From Eukaryota sp. GEM-RC1 (lineage: Eukaryota): a stretch of DNA of 64,000 nucleotides. Shown one piece after another: positions 60,140 to 64,000 of the stretch. Position 1 is the first letter of the stretch, and every line of letters starts with the position of its first letter. The stretch spans positions 744,001 to 808,000 of the forward strand of contig JAUFOQ010000001.1 in assembly GCA_040285855.1 (NCBI GenBank), written 5' to 3'. The notes under the pieces are model-generated. The model did no database searches, was not told where the DNA came from, and saw only the letters and a list, made by a program, of their open reading frames with translations. The translations under genes and the position numbers were made by a program.

Positions 60140-61660
60140 GTTACGAGCTGCCTCCACAAGACTTCTGAGAGCAAAGTTCACGTTTTTCTTGGTAGGACAT
60201 TTCTTTCGACAAATTGGACAGTTATTTTAAGGAGAAGCGCAGTGAGAACATGCAGTGTGTCCAAGTTTACATAGAAGCAATGGTAGGCGGTCAGAAAGGT
60301 TGAAGGAGTCAGAGCAGATGAAACAATCCATAGCAAAAGTGGTGAAAAGATGAGCATTTAAACACTATTTCAAAGTTTGATACCTAGGAAACACAGATAC
60401 ACTACATCCTACATTGATTTGTAACATGTACTTTCTATTTTGTGTATACTATGTATTTTGTGCATTTTCCTCAACTGCTTCTATGACAAAGGAGCTGAAA
60501 GGTTAACCATCAGTCTGTTATCATAATAACCAGCAACTATTGACCAAATAGTAACGTTGAAATTTTCATACATAGTGAAAAAATGCATTGCGGTGAATCC
60601 GCCACTGTGGATATCTAACAGTTTTTGTTTCAGTGCAAATGGAAATACATTAAGTCATCGTTATATATATCTGGTAAAGGTGATAAAATCGTCAAATGAG
60701 ACGAATTTGATAAAAACAAAATTCAAAAAAGTTGAAAAAGGGAATAGAGACGGACAACAACTCAAATCTAAATTTGCTGGCCATTAGACTAGATTTGACT
60801 TACAAAAATGGGTTCGAGCGGAGTCTGAATTGAGTTGATCACCCATCATGATGCCTAAATTTCCGGTTCTCTGTACAAGTCTGAAAAATCCGTCACTGTC
60901 TTCCTTTGAGATTCGCAATGAACTTCACTGTCTCTGCAGACCTTAAGTCGTCTTACTATGGTCAGAGACTGCTTCACTACTTCTCAATGATGTCCTCTCC
61001 ACGTCTAGAAACAGTTATATCTGCTGTAGAAGGTTTTTCCCACATCTTATCTAAACAACAATCCTTAATACCCTCTTTTATTGAGTCTGGAGTCCTTCCC
61101 TCTATCTTCTCCTATCTAGAATCCAATTCTCTTGAACTTCAACTAGCAGCTGTCCGCGTCTTCATCTGCTGGTATCTGTAATGACTTGTACCAGCCTCGA
61201 CTTCTTGTAAACGCCTTGTTTAAATGTGTTCAATCCAGTTCTAGTCAGTTACTTATATATCAATGTATCGTTGTTCTTGGTAACATCGCCCTTGATTCAC
61301 TACTCATGCGTTACCTCATCATAAGCCTTGGAATGACCCCACTCTTGATTTCAGTTCTGGAGAAGTACCACAGTTCCTCCACTAGTGCTACCACTAGTGA
61401 CTGTTCCATAACTGACGTTGTTTGGTCACTCTCAACTCTTCTTGTACGCAAACCTCTTCCCAAAGCTGACGTCATCTCACCCCTCCTCTCCTCTCATCTC
61501 TCTCCCTACTTCTACACCACAAAACCAAGGCAGTCGTCATTAATTCTCTATGGGGTCTCTTCTACATCTCTGAGTCTACAGACTCTTCCCACACTGAACT
61601 TCTCTTAAACTCTGGTTCGCTACATCAACTTATTCAACTTCTTCCCACTAGTACTGACAT
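60140..61660. repeat. Direct segmental duplicate of 17279-20040 (RING-coding start of the kinase gene, intergenic DNA, importin-alpha)
   Basis: High DNA identity; lacks the 17777-18306 hAT insertion and the ~18430-19110 segment. Confidence 0.9.
60918..61660 (+). pseudogene. Importin-alpha-like pseudogene (frameshifted, 3' truncated)
   Basis: Near-identical to 19296-20040 with indels at ~61166 and ~61480. Confidence 0.85.
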
Positions 61661-61906
61661 CCTATTCTATACCATCCTATTCTAAATCGAGTAGACTTTC
61701 CAAGTCTTCGTAACAACATTGTTACGAAACACATCATTCAACAGTGATGGTGACACGAACATGAATCAGTTAGGTCTCTTGATTCATATAGGTTGTGATT
61801 TTGATCGAATTGTTCCTAGAAGTGACTTGCAAAGATCGAATATTCTTATACGAAATTGAAAGGCTTTTGTCGCGTCCAAAATGATCTCTACGACATTCCC
61901 GTACCA

Positions 61907-63640
61907 TTATCCTGAGCACATAACTTCATTCATAACTTTTTTGCTCTCTGATAAAACAAGCGATCCGCAATGGGCAAAATTATAATGAAGATTAATTGAA
62001 TTGTAATTATCGACAAAATACCTATAAGACTTATTGTGAGGTACAGTCATCCACTTTTTAATTGTTCCATAATTTCCCTCCCAATATTTACCACGGTTCT
62101 CCAGACCACGATCGAGATTCAGATTCTCGAAGTTCTGGTCCCAGAAATCGGTCAACGTCATAAACTACAGGCCTAGTAGCTCTTGGACTACGACGGACAA
62201 CAGATGGACGGGGTATGAACTGCATTGAGCAAAATTTTCGTACAAGCTTACAGCGTTATAATTGTTGATAAAATAACGTTTACCGCAAAGACCATGTTCG
62301 ACATGATACTAATTTTTTATAGTTCCCCAATTTTTTTCCCAATATTTCCCAAATTCAAAATCTCCATCTTTAACAACAAAAGAACTAATTGACGGTTTTT
62401 GAATGGTTTTGCCGTAAGTTCCATTCATAAATAATTTTAAAAGTAACTGTTGGGGATTCTTCTGTTCTTTAAGTTACATTCGATTATCGTATATGAATTT
62501 CATAACTTCATTGATTTTTGAATTATATTCAATCCAATAAATTCATCTTTTAAATTCATATGTAATTCCATGATATTGTTGAAATTGTTGAAGATCAATA
62601 TAACTAATGATCATAGTATCGTTAACTCCGGTTTCAACGTTATTAACAAATTTCCTATTTCCTTGAGAATCTGTGACAGGGATTAAAGGAAAATCTAAAG
62701 AATTTTGAACAGACAAAATTCTGATTTCGATATAGAATTGATAATCAGAATTAATGACCGACTCGTAAAAATGAGGACTAGAAGGGTTTTCACTCATTAT
62801 AAGAGCAGCTCCGACCGGAAAACCCTTCAGTCTTTTCATCGCAGTGGGATATAAACTTTTTACGTCAAAGTCTACCATAAAATCTTCTATAAAAATTCCT
62901 GTTGAAGATTCCACAACGTTGGATCCTATCTCATTCAAAGAGTATCTAACGGGTTTGTAAAATTGTTTTTGATACTGATTGGTCATAACACGACCTCCAA
63001 TAACTGATTGTTGCACAAACTGACGTAACGATCCAGTTACACTCCGTCATATACTCCTTGAGAAATCATAACATCGTGAGACAATGACGAAATCGTACGA
63101 TAATTAAATAGATCTATTTCAGGAAATAACTGTCCCAAATCTTTACGAAAACGAAATAATCCTTGACCTAATAATAAATGTCTTGAATTGTGTAAAATAC
63201 AGAATAATTTTGATGCAAAAGTTAAATTCAGAGACATTACGTTCGACGTTAAATGTTTCTTGTATTGATTTTGATTCCACGCAAGATTCAATAAATTCTT
63301 CACGTTCTTTATAAGTATTAAAGAACTTTTCAGCCACATTGTCTACCGTATCAATGTAAGGAACATCAAGATCAGTAACAGTAGGAAAATCATTGTAAAA
63401 AGGATAAGGATAAGCTTCTTTTTTTACCTTTAATTTGAACATTTTAGGAAATTTAGCCAATGCTTCAGGAATAATTTTCAAAGAATCTCTAAAATGTATT
63501 TTGATTGTTCTTGAATCTCCAAATTGTTGACCACATTTAAACGATCCCTCGGCAGAATACAATGCTCCATCTTTTTGCAACACCTTTAAATCAAATAAAT
63601 TTCCGTGCAAAAAGAAAAATCATATTTTAGATTGTGCAAA
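61907..63640 (-). mobile_element. Polinton/Maverick-type protein-primed DNA polymerase B pseudogene
   Basis: FRDSLKII..LAKF..KEAYPY (exonuclease region), SVIGGRV, VDFDVKSLYPTAM (motif A), KLFMNGTYGKTIQ (motif B, ~62400-62440), HCGSLVLSESKKVMNEV. Confidence 0.88.
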
Positions 63641-64000
63641 TACACCAAAACTTCATAGAATGTTTCTTGTGGAATTTGTTTCTCTTTTCGGTTTAAAATA
63701 CTCGAAATCAAGTACTGAAGAGATATAAGAATAAATGATAAATACAATCTTCTTGATAAAATACTCTCATTTTGTTTGAATCATTGACCATTGAATTAGA
63801 CACGGGGTCAAATTTTAGACCTAATTGAGGTATGGTTGCAGGGAAGAACACGATGATCGCACTTAAGCTGACAACCAGAAGGACTGGACAGATTGTTGAT
63901 TCAGTTAAACATGTATAACGGGATCATGGGCACGTGTATCTCGGCATAGATTTTGTGCTGACCGTGATACCAACCAGAACGAGTGATAGTTGGATCAGCC

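Noticed and set aside
1..64000. Alternative genetic code, rRNA or tRNA genes
   Set aside because: Intact genes end at TAA, TAG or TGA normally, and no rRNA or tRNA-like sequence was recognised.

Overview
AT-rich eukaryotic (protist-like, standard code, short GT-AG introns) repeat-rich region. The first ~38 kb is mostly a transposon graveyard (hAT, MULE, Tc1/IS630-like, gypsy, CRE-like non-LTR and Polinton-type pPolB remnants) with two apparently intact host-type genes: a RING-kinase-coiled-coil-LRR protein and an importin-alpha-like ARM protein. The main discovery is a gene-dense island at ~38.6-59.6 kb. It encodes a bacterial/phage-type tyrosine recombinase (YR) flanked downstream by a tandem array of 37-bp lox-like sites (13-bp arms, 10-bp spacer) and upstream by a perfect 44-bp palindrome. 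Three tandem ~595-bp non-coding units are each bounded by the same site. The island also carries a full-length intron-containing Cdc45 head-to-head with an E2F/DP-type winged-helix gene (E2F-like motif between them), a degenerate CRESS-Rep-like SF3 helicase ORF, two LRR genes, a tandem half-SET ORF and several orphans. Decayed relatives of the island occur at 20.8-23.7 kb (with a pPolB fragment inside) and, inverted, at 31.3-35.4 kb, so it behaves as a mobile family. Working hypothesis (inference): an undescribed YR-mobilised eukaryotic element or endogenous virus carrying its own S-phase/replication module. No capsid, packaging ATPase or unambiguous termini were recognised. Many island ORFs are split by single-base homopolymer indels that may be assembly errors. 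All family assignments are by-eye motif recognition, with no database searches run.
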